Source: Felis catus (Eukaryota). Taken from it: 60,000 bases of DNA. Positions 1-11,789 of the stretch are shown here, piece after piece. Each line of letters starts with the position of its first letter. The first letter of the stretch is position 1. The translations under genes were made by a program, and so were the position numbers. Below the pieces are notes generated by a model. It was given only the letters and a program-made list of their open reading frames with translations, was not told the DNA's origin and searched no databases. The stretch spans positions 12,774,001-12,834,000 of the forward strand of contig NC_058369.1 of the NCBI RefSeq assembly GCF_018350175.1, written 5' to 3'.

Positions 1-247
1 GGCACGTCTCAGAGACACAGCCGATGAGTTTGGGTTCTACTCATTTCCTCGTCGAGACTCTCTGAGCCCGTGGCTGATGATAAATAAAGTAGTGATTCAA
101 GGGTTCGGCCTGCGGGTTAGTCGGAGCAATGAATAAGCTGTCCAGGTCTGACTCATTCGTTTATACCCTAGCTCTGCCCTGCTGCAGCAGGGTTGCATGT
201 GCGAGAGGGGACCCAGCTACAGGCATTTCATTTCTGTCTCTGCTGGG

Positions 248-581
248 TGTACGAATCTCCCAGGGCCACTGTGACAAAGAACCACAGACCAGGCTGCTCG
301 AGCAACAGAAATGCATTGTCTCACAGATCTGGAAGCCCGAAGCCCAAGATCAAGGTGTTGGCACGGTTGGTTTCTTCCTTCTGTGTCTGTGTCCTAATCT
401 CCTCTTGTCAGGACAGGAGTCCTGTTGGATCAGGCCCACCCTAATAACTTCATTTTAACTTAACCATCTCTTTAAAGACTCTGTCTCCGACTCCAGTCGC
501 ATTCTGGAGCACTGGGGAGTAGGGCTTCAACATGAGGAATTGGGGTGCGGAGGTGGGTGGGACCCACTTCAGCCCGTAACA
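248..581 (-). mobile_element. MLT1 (ERVL-MaLR) solo LTR with intact TSD
   Basis: TG...CA termini flanked by a perfect 5-bp TSD ctggg (243-247, 582-586); ends ttcagcccgtaaca. Confidence 0.85.
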
Positions 582-1928
582 CTGGGTAAGGGACAAATTT
601 CGTCTTTATTTAGTGAAGCAATTTTGGACGAACAATCACACCGGTAGAGTTCATCTTGTTGAGTCTCACTCATTTAAAGAAGCGTTTTAAGGGAGGTGGC
701 CAAGTTGGCCACATCAAGTTTGGAAGCATCCCATTAGGAATCTTCCAGATCTCGCACACGTCCTTACGTTTGGGGTGACAGTAGACAGACAAGGACCCGG
801 CTCGGGAAGAGCGGATCTCGTGGGACTTTACCAGGGGTGTATTTAGAACCAGGCCTGGGAGACTGTGTGTGCCCACCTGGGGGCTGGCGAAGATTTGTGA
901 TCGGGGACGCACGGAGGTCTCTGGCCTCAGTGTTGGCTACGGTCACAGGAGGGGGATCTAAGAGCGACTCTGTTAATGAGCCAAAATGACTTTGGGACCA
1001 GCCGCTGCCATAGCTGATTTGACAAAAGTTTCCGGAAGATCTGAAAATCGTTCAGCAAAAAGGGTTAACGAGGCAGGTGCAGAGCTGGCTTTCAGGGTTA
1101 CCGTGAGAGCAGAACGGCCCTCGCCTCTTTCCCCCGAGTGCACATGTCAGGAGTCATGCCCGCGGAGAGGCGCCCAGCACCCGGCGAGCTTGTGACCCGG
1201 TCAGGGCTTGTTGGCGGAGGAAGAGGGACACACGAGAGCTCCCCCAGCAAGCCCTGGCAAAGGTCGTCTCCCTCGGAGGCCGATGCCACCGCATCTTTGC
1301 AAGTGTAGTCAGAGCAGTGCGTCAGCGGCAGGCCCGCTGGGGCTTTGCCCCGGTCCTCCTGCTCGTCTCTCTGAGCATCTCCATCCCGTCCTAGGATGGG
1401 TGGAACAGAGGGAGTGGAGGGGTGACATTTGAGATGTCGCTTCTCAGGTTTCTGGGATGCACCCGGGGCTTTCATTTCCTGGCGAGCAGGGTCTCCGGCC
1501 ACTGCTTGGGAAGATCCCTGGGATCCTCACCTATGCGTGGAGATGCTATTTATCAGGAGCTAGTGGGAGAACAGGTGGCACAAAAAAAGTGCAAGAGGCG
1601 AGCCCAGCCCGTAAGCCCTTGGGAAGCCCGTGTCTCCCCTAGGTGGTCCCCGAGGAGTCTGCCTGCTGGCTTAGCAGAGAGCCAAGATGAAGGCACGGAA
1701 GCTAAGGGATGGGGTGTCGGGTAGAGAAAGGAGCCTGAACTGGCTGGGGCAGGTGTCCGTAGGTCCCCGCAGCTGGCGTGGTCCCCCGACAAGGCCGGCT
1801 CGCTCTTGCTCCCTCGTTCTGAATATTGTGCAGTAGGTGAACTTGGGCTTGGAATCTTGCTGATGTCTGCTGTGCCTGGGAGGCCCTGGGGACGCCCCAA
1901 AGTGTGTGAACTTTGCTCTTATTTAAAG

Positions 1929-2141
1929 CACGGTTTCTCAGCCTCGGTATTGGGGACACCTGAGCTGGGTCCTTCTCTGCGGTGGGGACTGTCCCGTGCG
2001 TGTTGAACAGCATCCCTGGTCTGTCCACCCACTGGATGCGGAGCAACCCTCCCACCCCCCGAGTCGTGATAAGCTAAAATGTTTCCACATATTGCCAGGT
2101 GTCCCCTCAGAGAAAAGTCAACCCCAGAATGAGAACCATTG
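1929..2141 (+). mobile_element. MER20 (hAT-Charlie MITE)
   Basis: cacggtttctca...cagcatccctgg...gagaaccattg. Confidence 0.8.
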
Positions 2142-2194
2142 GTTGAGGGGTTCTGTGGAGTCTAGGAGACTTCGCGTCCTGTCATTATGTTACT

Positions 2195-2360
2195 GGGGGC
2201 GCCTGGGTGGCTCAGTCAGTTAAGCATCTACTCTTGATTTCGCCTCAGGTCGTGATCTCACGGTTCGCGAGTTTGAGGCCCACATCTTGGGATTTGTCTC
2301 CCTCTCTCTCTGCCCCTCCCTGGCTCACTCTCCATCTCTCTCTCTCTCTCAAAAAAAAAA
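2195..2360 (+). mobile_element. Can-SINE (SINEC), internally deleted
   Basis: ggggcgcctgggtggctcagtc head, (CT)n, poly-A. Confidence 0.85.
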
Positions 2361-2731
2361 TTAACACATTAATTAACTTCAGTTAATTAATAGAGGTCCT
2401 AGGATGCTGCGTTCATGTAAATGCACCAAGTGGGGAGGGAGAGAGGAGGTATCTCACAGACGCCAGGAGGGAATCTGGCCCCGTTGTTGCCATGGTCACG
2501 GGAGGGGGATCTAAAAATGACTCTGTTGCTGAACCAAAATGACTTTGGGACCAGCCCGTTGCCATAGATAATTGGACAAAAAAAGTTTCTGGAAGATCTG
2601 AAAATCATTCAGCAAAAAGCGATCCTTAGGAGGGATCACCCTGGCTTGTACCATCTAAGTCCCCAGGAATTTATTCTGGTGTGTCTATGAGTTAGGGACG
2701 TAAATCGATATTTTTTTCCAACTGATGAACA

Positions 2732-2935
2732 CAGTGTTTCTTGACCTCAGCACTGCTGACATGTAGGGCCGCGTCACTCTCGGTGGTGGGGACTGTTCTG
2801 TGCCTTGTAGGGTACCGGGCAGCATCCCTGGTCTCTACCCCCCTGGATGCCAGTTCCCCCTTCCCCGGGTGGGAACAATCACAAAGGTATGTCTCCTGTC
2901 ATTGCCAGATGTCCCCCGGGGCCACCGTTGGCCTG
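2732..2935 (+). mobile_element. MER20
   Basis: cagtgtttcttgacctcagcactgctgac...agcatccctgg...cattgccagatgtcccc. Confidence 0.8.
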
Positions 2936-4799
2936 GGAGAGAGGAGGGTCTGAAAGAATGCTGAGCTCCAGGGCAAGAAGAGGTGGCTGAGACACTGTGT
3001 GTCAAACCTGTGACTGGCCCACAGGGACACCTTTGCCCCTGCCCTGTGGTGATGCGTAGATAGGCTGGGAGGGGAGCCAGGTGGGGGCTGTCACCAAAGA
3101 TACTGACAAGGCAAAAGCCTGGGCTGTGGGCTGCCTGGGACATCTCACTGGGTCCAGAAGTGTAACCAGGATCATCACGGCAGAAACTGGGCCAGGGGAT
3201 GGACTTTGTGACCAGGAGGAGCCCTTGCCCAGACGAAGGCCACGAGGCCCTGGGTCACAGGTGGAGGAGAGGAGGCGACTCTGGAGGCTGCCCGCCCTGC
3301 GGCCACGCACAGGGAGGGGCCAGTGTGGTTGGTGATCAGTAACGAAGCCAGTTGCACGGGAACAGAAAACAGGGATGGGGCTCGAGGGTCTTGTTGGCAG
3401 GACAGAGGATCCGTGGTCTCTGTCTCGGGTGGGAATGTTCTGAAGCGGATGGGGTGGTGATGGCAGGCGTCTGACCATAGTACAGACTGCTGTCCCAGGC
3501 GCTCCCAAGGCGTGAGCCGCGTGATCTGTGGATTCTACGCCAGTAAGTCGTGTTCAAAGGAAGAGTTTTATCAGAACAAAATGCCATTTTGAAGCGAAAA
3601 CCAGTGGGCCGCCGGAAGGATCGAGTCGAAGTGGGTGTGTCGTTGAAGAAACCACAGCCACGCGGGGCTCCTGGTGGCAGGCGATGTGGATTTTGAGGGG
3701 ACAACAACAGCTCGTCTGAGTCTTTGGAGAGGTTAAGTGAGGAGCTGCTTTGTTCCAGGTTCCCGGAGGCTAATGGCTCTGTGGGCCACCAGTGGGGCAG
3801 GACTTGCTCCCCAGGCAGAGTGTCCCCACTGCGACAGGGGGTTCCACAGGGACTTGGCCCCAAGGCGGGGGATTCCCACGGGCCCAGGTGGCTGACCCGT
3901 ACGGGGCACTTAGGCCGAGGAGTGGGCCCGCTCTGTCCCTTGTGAGGGGCTGGCACAGAAGCCCCTCGAGCCCCGCCTGAGGTCCGTGAGGATCCAGACT
4001 GCCTTTAAGAGCAGAGTGGGGCAGGGTGCGGCCCCTCCTTTTCCAGGGGCCTCTCAGCCAAGGTCTCAAGCAGGGCTTTTGTGTGTTTCTGCCTGGGCAT
4101 GGCGGCAGGGGGACTGTGTGATTTGGAGAGGGACCCCCAAAGGGGTCTCTTCGGCCCATCTCAACCTTCTTCCCTGGGAGCCTTCCGAGTCTCCATTTAG
4201 GGAGCCCACTGGTCACCAGGGAAGGATCTGAAGCGCGGGTCCCCACAGGACCTTGAAAGCCTGTCTTACTTCCCCCTGTAACCGGAACTGTCCTGTGTCA
4301 GGCTATGGCCCGACCACAGCCACCAGCAATCCCCTCCCTCCTAGCCCCAGACACCTGCTGGAGCTGTGGACCAACAACTCCCCCCACCCCCGCCGCCCCC
4401 ATCCCACAGTCCACCTGCCACGTACAGCCTAGCTGACCCCTTCCAGATGTCACTCTTGTCCTGGTTCTCACTGCTTCCAACCAGCCAGGCTCCCCATCAG
4501 ACTTGCATGAAAATTGAAACTCCATCCGTCCCGTCCCACGTTCGCAAGGCCCTGCGGGATCTGACCTTCCTGACCTCGGCCCTTCCCCCTCCAGCCTCAG
4601 CCCTGCTGACCACACTGGTCTCCTTGTTCTGAGACCAGCCCCAGCTGCCCCTGCCCTTGGCGCTCACCGCCCTCGCCTAGGCGGCCCTCCCCAGGACCTC
4701 AGTCCGTGTGCCCCCTCCCACTGCACAGGCATCAGCAACCATCTCCGATGAGTGCTTCTCTGCCTCCTGGTTCATCCAGGATGACCACCCTGCCCTGGT

Positions 4800-5033
4800 C
4801 AGTTTCTGTCCCCGTGGCCTCACTGCTGACGTCCGGGGGCCGGATCATTCTTCACGGTGGGGGCCATCCTGTACACGGTAGGATGTTGAGCGGCATCCCT
4901 GGCCTCCATCCACCACATGCCCTGGTACCTCCCCCCTCCCCCAGTGGTGGCGACCAAAACGTCTCCAGCCTCCAATCGGAGACGCATGTGTCCGCTGGGG
5001 CAGCACAGCATTGCCCTTGGGTGAGAACCACTG
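4800..5033 (+). mobile_element. MER20
   Basis: cactgctgac...cggcatccctggcctc...tgagaaccactg. Confidence 0.8.
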
Positions 5034-5646
5034 GTGTAATACCACGCGGGATTTTTCCTTTCCCGAGAGCTGTCCCTGTTGGAAATGCCTCTTTGCTCAT
5101 AGGTTGGTTTGTCATCAGCCTCCCTAAAGGCCAGAGCCCTTTGGCCTCCTTCACCTCTGCATATCCACGTCCGGAGAAACACTTGTTGACGAGCGGGGAC
5201 ATTGGAAAAAGACAGCCTGTTCTTTTTCAGAGGGGGTGGGAGAGGTAGTCACAGACCCCAGGGAGACCAAACAGCCTGTGTCAGCCCCGAGGGCAGCTGA
5301 ACCAATAGAATAGAACATGCTGCCCCAGCATATGCCTGAGGGAGGGGCTCTCTCCAGGGCTCAGACCGGTTGGTCCAGACTGGAAAGTTGGAGCACAAGA
5401 CTTAGGGAAGAAAGGGACAGTTGTGAGAGAGCATTTGGGATGGGCTTCTGGGGGGGGGGGGGGTGCCGGGGAGGGGGTATTCAGAGCGGACGGAAGAAAG
5501 GCAGTGGTCCTTCTAGATCAGCGCCTTGCTCGGAGCGTCTGGTATCTTCTGCCCTGGGCACCTGGATTCGTGTTCTGGGGCTGCCGTAAACTGTGGTCTG
5601 AGGTACCACAAACCCAGTGGCTTAAAGAATAGAAATGTATTCTCTT

Positions 5647-5850
5647 GGGCTGCCTGGGTGGCTCAGTCAGTTAAACGTCTGACTTCGGCTCAGGTCATGA
5701 TCTCACAGTTCGAGGGTTCAAGCCCCGTGTTGAGCTCTGTGCTGACAGCTCAGAGCCTGGAGCCTACTTCAGCTTCTGTGTCTCCCTCTCTCTCTGCCTC
5801 TCCCCCACTTGTGCTCTGTCTCTCAAAAATGAATAAACATTAAAAAAAAA
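5647..5850 (+). mobile_element. SINEC_Fc
   Basis: tRNA-like head, gacagctcagagcctggagcct, (CT)n, A tail. Confidence 0.9.
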
Positions 5851-5855
5851 TTAAT

Positions 5856-6064
5856 GGGGTGCGTGGGTGGCCCAGTCAGTTAAGCGTCCTACTTCGGCTC
5901 AGATCATGATCTCACATTCGTGGGTTCGAGCCCTTCGTTGGGCTCTGTGCTGACAGCTCAGAGCCTGCAGCCTGCTTCAGATTCTGAGCCACTCTCTCTG
6001 TCCTTCCCCTGCTTAGTCTCTGTCTCTGTCTCTCTCTCAAAAATAAATAAACATTAAAAAAAAA
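5856..6064 (+). mobile_element. SINEC_Fc (tandem with previous)
   Basis: Same structure immediately downstream. Confidence 0.9.
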
Positions 6065-6859
6065 TTGAGGAATTTATTCTCTTGAAGTTCTGGAGTCCAG
6101 AAGTCCAGAATCCAGACATCAGTGGGGACCTGCTTCCTCCAAAGGATCCAGAGGCCAGGGGGACAGGGGGATCCTTCCCTGCCTCTTCCAGCTTCTGGGA
6201 GCTTCCTGGCGTTCCTCGGCTTGTGGCCACATCACGCCTACGTAAACCTTAAGCCATCCTCCAGCTCCAAGCCGCCGCACCTGAGAAATATGCTCAGTTT
6301 GTGCCTGTTTTTCAGCGTGTCCATCTTGAAGATAATTTCACGTGATCATCTCTTCTTAAAAAGCCTCCACAGGCTCCAGGAAGCGAGCATTGGAAAATGG
6401 AGGCGCCCAGAGTTGTTAAGTGGCGTTTCCTAAATGATCCTGCTGTAATGCTGGCCTTCTCCTTTTAGCTGGAGAGTGATTTCATCTGATAAACATGTGG
6501 CTGAAAATTATGGCCTTATATAAACGAAGCAGCTACACTACACTTTCTGGAGGCCCTGTCCGCCTTATTTTCCAGTAAATTCCGAATTATTCGCCAAGCT
6601 GATAGGCAGAACCTTGCATTTTTGAGCATGGGGCCTTGGCCGGGCCTTGAGAGCAGCTCATTCACGTTTGTCCCACTCCCCCGGCCCCCAATCAGGGCCT
6701 GAGTTTTGGTTGTGTGCCCTCCCCCCCCGCCACTTTGCCTGCACCTCCTTCCTCCAAGAACATAAGAGAAAGGCCCTGAATTGAGGTCCACGTCTTTTCA
6801 CAGTGCAGAAAGGGTGTTTGCAAAGCCCTTTAATTTTCCATGGCTCGGATTTTTCAGCA

Positions 6860-7262
6860 GGAATCTCTCTTAACTGTGGTAAAGTGCACATAACATGAGG
6901 ATTCGCGTTAGCTGCATCGAGTGGACATGTTGTGCAACCCCCACCTCTGTCTAGTTGTGGACCATTTCCGTCTCCCCCGGAAGGAAGCATCCCTCCCTTG
7001 GCCCCTGGCACCTGCCGCTCTGCCTTCTGCTGTCTCTGTGGGTTTGCCTGTTCTGGACATTTCACGTAGATGGAATCTCACAACGTGTGGCCTTTTGTGT
7101 CTGGCTTCTTTCACTGAGCACGACGTTCTTAAGGCCCACCCACGTTGTAGTGCATGCCAGTGCTTGTTCCTGTTTCTGGCTGAGTAATATTCCACTGGGT
7201 GAATAGACCACATTTTATTTCTCCACTCATGCTTCGACGGGCATTTTGCTTCCACCATTTGG
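6860..7262 (-). mobile_element. L1M 3' end fragment
   Basis: ctgttctggacatttca...tggccttttgtgtctggcttctttcact...ggctgagtaatattcca. Confidence 0.75.
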
Positions 7263-7933
7263 CTCTTCCAGGGGCCAGGTTTCTCACCTGGCAGCTCGAT
7301 TTCCGTCCGGTGATGAGGGCACATCTCTCCCGTGAAGGCCCGGGTAGACAGATCAAATCAGTGCGGAGAGATGGGTCTCACTTCCCCCTTCTCACACTTG
7401 TGAGTGCTTCAGTGAGCGTCACCTGGAGGGTAGAACGGTGTCACGGTTCAGAGTAAGGGTGAACACGCAAGTTTTCGGGACCTGCTGCCCCCAGCATGGC
7501 TGCAGCCTGCGGTCGCCGGTTGGCTGAGCCGTCCCCCCTCCCTCAGCCCCAGACGTACTTCCTTTTGTTCTGGGCACAGGCTGGAGATTCTTGGGGCACA
7601 GGTTTCATATCCACTTGTGACCAGGACCTTCAAGCCACAGTGTGACCAACTTCCAGATCTCAGGCTCCATTAAGACTCAATGAGGAAGGTGCGATCAGAA
7701 GCCAGAGAAAATGGCCTACCCCCTCCAAGAGGGATGTCATCATTTAAGAATGTCCCTTGGAGCTGTGTTCATCAAAACAACATGGCACCTCACAGGCATT
7801 GACAGCCCGGAAGCAGACCCACGCATGTCAAACAATTCATATACTGTATTTAACAAACTAAAGAGACTCCCTGGTCAAGGGAGAGGATTCTTTAAGGAAA
7901 GAGATCATCTGGATCCCCATTTCACCTCCCACA

Positions 7934-8383
7934 CTATTCTGGGTTGACTGGTGTCCCCCACAAATTCATATCCACCCGGGACCTCTCAGAACGTGACCTT
8001 GATGGGAAATAAGGTCTTGGCAGATATAATAAGTTAAAGGTTTCAGGACGAACTCATCTTGAATCCGGTAACCGTCATCTCTAGAAGAAGAGGAGAGGAC
8101 GCAGAGACAGGAAAGTAGCACGTGATGATGGATGAGGAGATCAGAGTGACGCACATACAAGCCAAGGAACGCTAAGAGTTGGCAGAAGCTGCCAGAAGCT
8201 GGGGGGGGGGGGGGGGGGGGAGCATGGGAAGGATTCTCCCTCAGAGCTTCCAGAAGGAGCCAGCCCTGCCTGCCAACACCTTGATTTTGGACTCGTCCAG
8301 AAACGTGAGACAATGAATTCCTGTTGTTTTAAACCATCTCGTCTGTAGTACTTTATCACAGCGGCCCTAGGAAAACTCCCAGA
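7934..8383 (+). mobile_element. MLT1 LTR
   Basis: gggttgactggtgtcccc...gccaacaccttgattttggact...gcggccctaggaaa; internal G20 run. Confidence 0.85.
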
Positions 8384-10878
8384 CCCCCCAAAGAATTTCC
8401 AGATGGGTGAGAGTTTCAACGTAAAGAATAAGTCCAGGGAAGGAGAGGGGTATAGACAAAAAGTACAATTCCATGTTAATCAGACCTGGGAGAGGACGAG
8501 GCAACAGACATGAAAGAAATGACCCACAGATCCACTGCCTGGAAAATACAACATTTGTATCCCCAAAACACCGGAAGTGGAAGCCAAGTGCCCTTGACCC
8601 TGACACACCATCAATACCCTTCCTATACAAAGAGCTGTTCCACAGCAATGAGCAGGAGGAAAAACAAAAAAAAAACAACAACAAGCAAAATGGACAAAGG
8701 ACGTGAGCAACTTAACAGAAACAGAAAAATAGTTGCTCACGACACAAAATTTTTTTTGAAGCCCTGCCTGACAGCCGAAGGAATGTCAATGACAAGATGC
8801 TCTTTTGTGCCCACTGATGCCTGTGGGTTGAGAAAAATATTAACACTTGGTGCCAGCGAGGAAGCTGTGAGGCAAGCACCCTCGTATTACCCCATACCCA
8901 TACTCTCGCCTGGGTGAGGCTCTCGGGAAGTCGCTGGGGCAGAATGGATCGGATCGGGGGCCGTCGAAGCGAGAGCGCAGAGCGAATCCGACCAGCGCGG
9001 TGTTGTAGGGGAAATGATACAGCACACGGAGGAACAAGGGAACTCTTGGTCTGTGCTTCCGTTGTTGGGGACACAGTGTACCCTGAGATTTTGCCCTGAG
9101 AGCAGAGCCGTCCTAGAGCCGGTGGAGGGGCTCAAGGAGCCTTCTGACCTGAGGGGACAAGGACAGCCCCCCGGGGTGGGGCGAGCCCCTCATCTGAGGT
9201 ACAGATGAGGGAAAGAGGGGGCAGGGTGCCTGGGAGCGGGTTGGTGGCTGGCCCTCCAGGCCTGTGGTGAAGGCGGGGCTGGTGTCTCGCAGGGAAACAG
9301 CCCAGGCCAGGAGAACTAGGCTTTCTGCTGGGGTCAGGGGCTTTGGGCAGTGTGTCCCTGATTGGCCTGGAGAAGCCCTGCAAGGTTCTGGTTGGGTGGG
9401 CAGTGGCTGGAGTGTTTCCAGAAACCAACAAGTGGCCATGTTGAATCAGGCCCGATGACCAGGGGCTCTGAGGGCTGGCCGTGGGGTGCCTTCGAGGGAC
9501 TCTGTGCTGGGACACGCACACCTAGACCAGTGCTGCCAGGGGGTCCCTCCTGATTGGCTGGTGAGAAGAGGACAGTTCTGGGGACACGGTGACAGCAGTC
9601 AGGATGTGGTCAGGGAGGATGTGGGGTGGTGGGGGGGGGGAGTAGGGAACAAGCCTTCTGGGTTTTGGGGCCCAGGAGAGGTGGCTGTGGTGGGCTGGGG
9701 GTGGAGTGTGGCCCCTAGGAGCATGCAGCAGAGTGGACGGGCCCCAGGGGGTAGAGCCTGGGCGGGGGGTCCCCTGCACAAGAGCAGGTGCAGGTGATGC
9801 CTCCATCCCCGGGGGCTGCAGAGCAAGCGAGCAGAACCAGGAGAAGCCAGTGGCCAGCCGATGTGACCGGTGGGAGCTCGGTGGCATCTTTGGGGAGAGG
9901 CACCGCGATTTTTACAGTGGGGGGCAGGGGGGGGATGGTGGCTTGAGGGACAGGTGGGAGTAGGCAGGGCCAGCTCCAAGTCACGTGGAAGTGAGGAGGC
10001 AACCAGGCTTTTCCCTAAGCTGGAAAAGGGTTTATTAGTGTCTTTGGTTTTCAGGCACATGAGCCATTTCAATGGGAGGGTCCTGCCCCAGATGACCAGG
10101 GAAGGGGCAGCGGGGGAAGGAGAGCGCAGGCTCCTTGGGGAAAAGGGCCAGGTGAGGCCAGGCTGGACAGGGAGGGCCCCAAGACAGGTCCAAGGCAGAG
10201 GAGTTTCCCAGGACGTGGATGTGGTGGGCCTGCGTGGGGCAGGTGGGCCCTGTGGGGACTCCTGCAAGGGGCCCCAGATGCTATCTGTCCCGCGCTCCCC
10301 TACTCTTTGGTTACCCCTCCCCTCCTTGCAGCCCTGGTGGTCAGCAGCTACCCTGAGCGAGTCTTATCTCCTTCCTCCTGGCCTGGAGGGGTGGAGCACA
10401 CATCAGCTGGTCCTGTGACTGCCCGCATGGCCCCCAGTCTCTGAGCATGCGGTTGTCTTCTGCTCCCCACACCAAGGGGCCCAGGCCTACAAACATCCCC
10501 TGTGGGGCTGTGACGGCACCTGATGATTGACTGGCTCTGGAGGACAGGGGGTGGCACTGAGGGCAGCCGGCCACGCGGCCCTTAGCCCATTCTGGCTTTG
10601 ACCAGACCCTCTCCAGGGCAGGGCAGGGAGGCTTCGTGAGCAAGAGCAAGGTGACATCGGCGGGCTCTGATGCCTCCTCACCTAGGTCAGTGTCTGCTGG
10701 GAGGAGAAAGCAGGTGCATCCGTGTGACCTTCCCACCACCCACATCCCTGCACTTGGACGTGAGACAGTCCAGAGCCCCGAGTCTGTGAGCCGGACCCCC
10801 CCCCCCAAAGTTGTGGCGCACATCAGCTGTGTCTGCACAAGTGCCAGAAGGGGCCAGCTGTGTCTGAAGCCCTGGCTC

Positions 10879-10923
<45 letters not shown>

Positions 10924-11090
10924 GAGTGTTCATATGAAACTGCACGCGGGTGTGTCCGTGCTTGTGCATGTGCTTTGGTGTGTGTGTGCACGCGTGTGGG
11001 TGTGTCTGTATGGGAGAGTGTGCCTGCCCACGTGTGTCCGTGTCTGCGCGTGTTGTGTGCTCATGAGCACGTGTGTGCGTTTGCGTGGCT
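10879..11090. repeat. (GT)n microsatellite with degenerate GT/GC tail
   Basis: Pure (GT)n at 10884-10921, then alternating purine-pyrimidine sequence. Confidence 0.9.
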
Positions 11091-11374
11091 GCGATTAAGG
11101 TGCACATCCGCGACCTGGAAGCTGGTACACTCTCCACCTTCCGCAGCGGGCATGGTGCTACCTGTAAATGTCCTGCAGTCGGGGGACAGCCAGGAGGGCA
11201 GCTGGCATTCTGAACACAAGGGGTTCCCTACCCCTTGTCCACTGTGACATCCGAGGAACTCCGTGACGGGGCTCACGGGTTGGACGTTTTGGAAAGAAAG
11301 CAAGAAGTTTTGAAAAGATGCTTTCCTGGGGGACTGGGTTCCTTTGTAATGCACGTAATTTTTAGAGCGTTATT

Positions 11375-11546
11375 GGAGCCCCTGGGTGGCTCTTGGTTAA
11401 GCGCCCAACTCAGTCTTGGCTCAGGCCATGATCTCACAGTTTGTGAGTTCAAGCCCCGAGTCGGGCTCCAACCTGACACTGTGGAGCCTGTTTGGGATTC
11501 TCTCTCCCTGTGCCCCTCCCCCACTCTCTCTCCAAATAAGTAAATA
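11375..11546 (+). mobile_element. Can-SINE
   Basis: SINE head, (CT)n, aataagtaaa tail. Confidence 0.8.
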
Positions 11547-11555
11547 ATATATATA

Positions 11556-11773
11556 TTTTTTTAATTTTTTTAATGTTTATTTTTGAGAGAAAGAGAGAGA
11601 GACAGAGCATGAGCTAGGGAGGGGCAAAGGGGAAGAGAGAGACAGAATCTGAAGCAGGCTGCAGGCTCTGAGCTGTCAGCACAGAGCCCGATGCAGGGCT
11701 CGAACCCACGAACTGTGAGATCATGACCTGGGCCGAAGTCAGACACCTAACCGACTGAGCCAGCCAGGGGCCG
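11556..11773 (-). mobile_element. SINEC_Fc inserted in the tail of the previous SINE
   Basis: Antisense SINE with flanking duplication aatatatatatttt. Confidence 0.85.
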
Positions 11774-11789
11774 CAACAATATATATATT

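Larger units (their letters stand above)
5570..6235 (-). mobile_element. MLT1 LTR fragment interrupted by two SINEs
   Basis: taccacaaacccagtggcttaaa...tattctctt [SINEs] tattctcttgaagttctggagtccagaagtcc...cttgtggccacatcac. Confidence 0.7.

Noticed and set aside
2368..2391. Perfect 11-bp inverted repeat attaattaact-tc-agttaattaat
   Set aside because: Low-complexity AT sequence at a SINE tail; no supporting context.
5647..6064. tRNA-like A/B boxes
   Set aside because: Heads of tRNA-derived SINEs, not tRNA genes.
10341..11137. HTHT / CVCV ORFs
   Set aside because: Translations of (GT)n.
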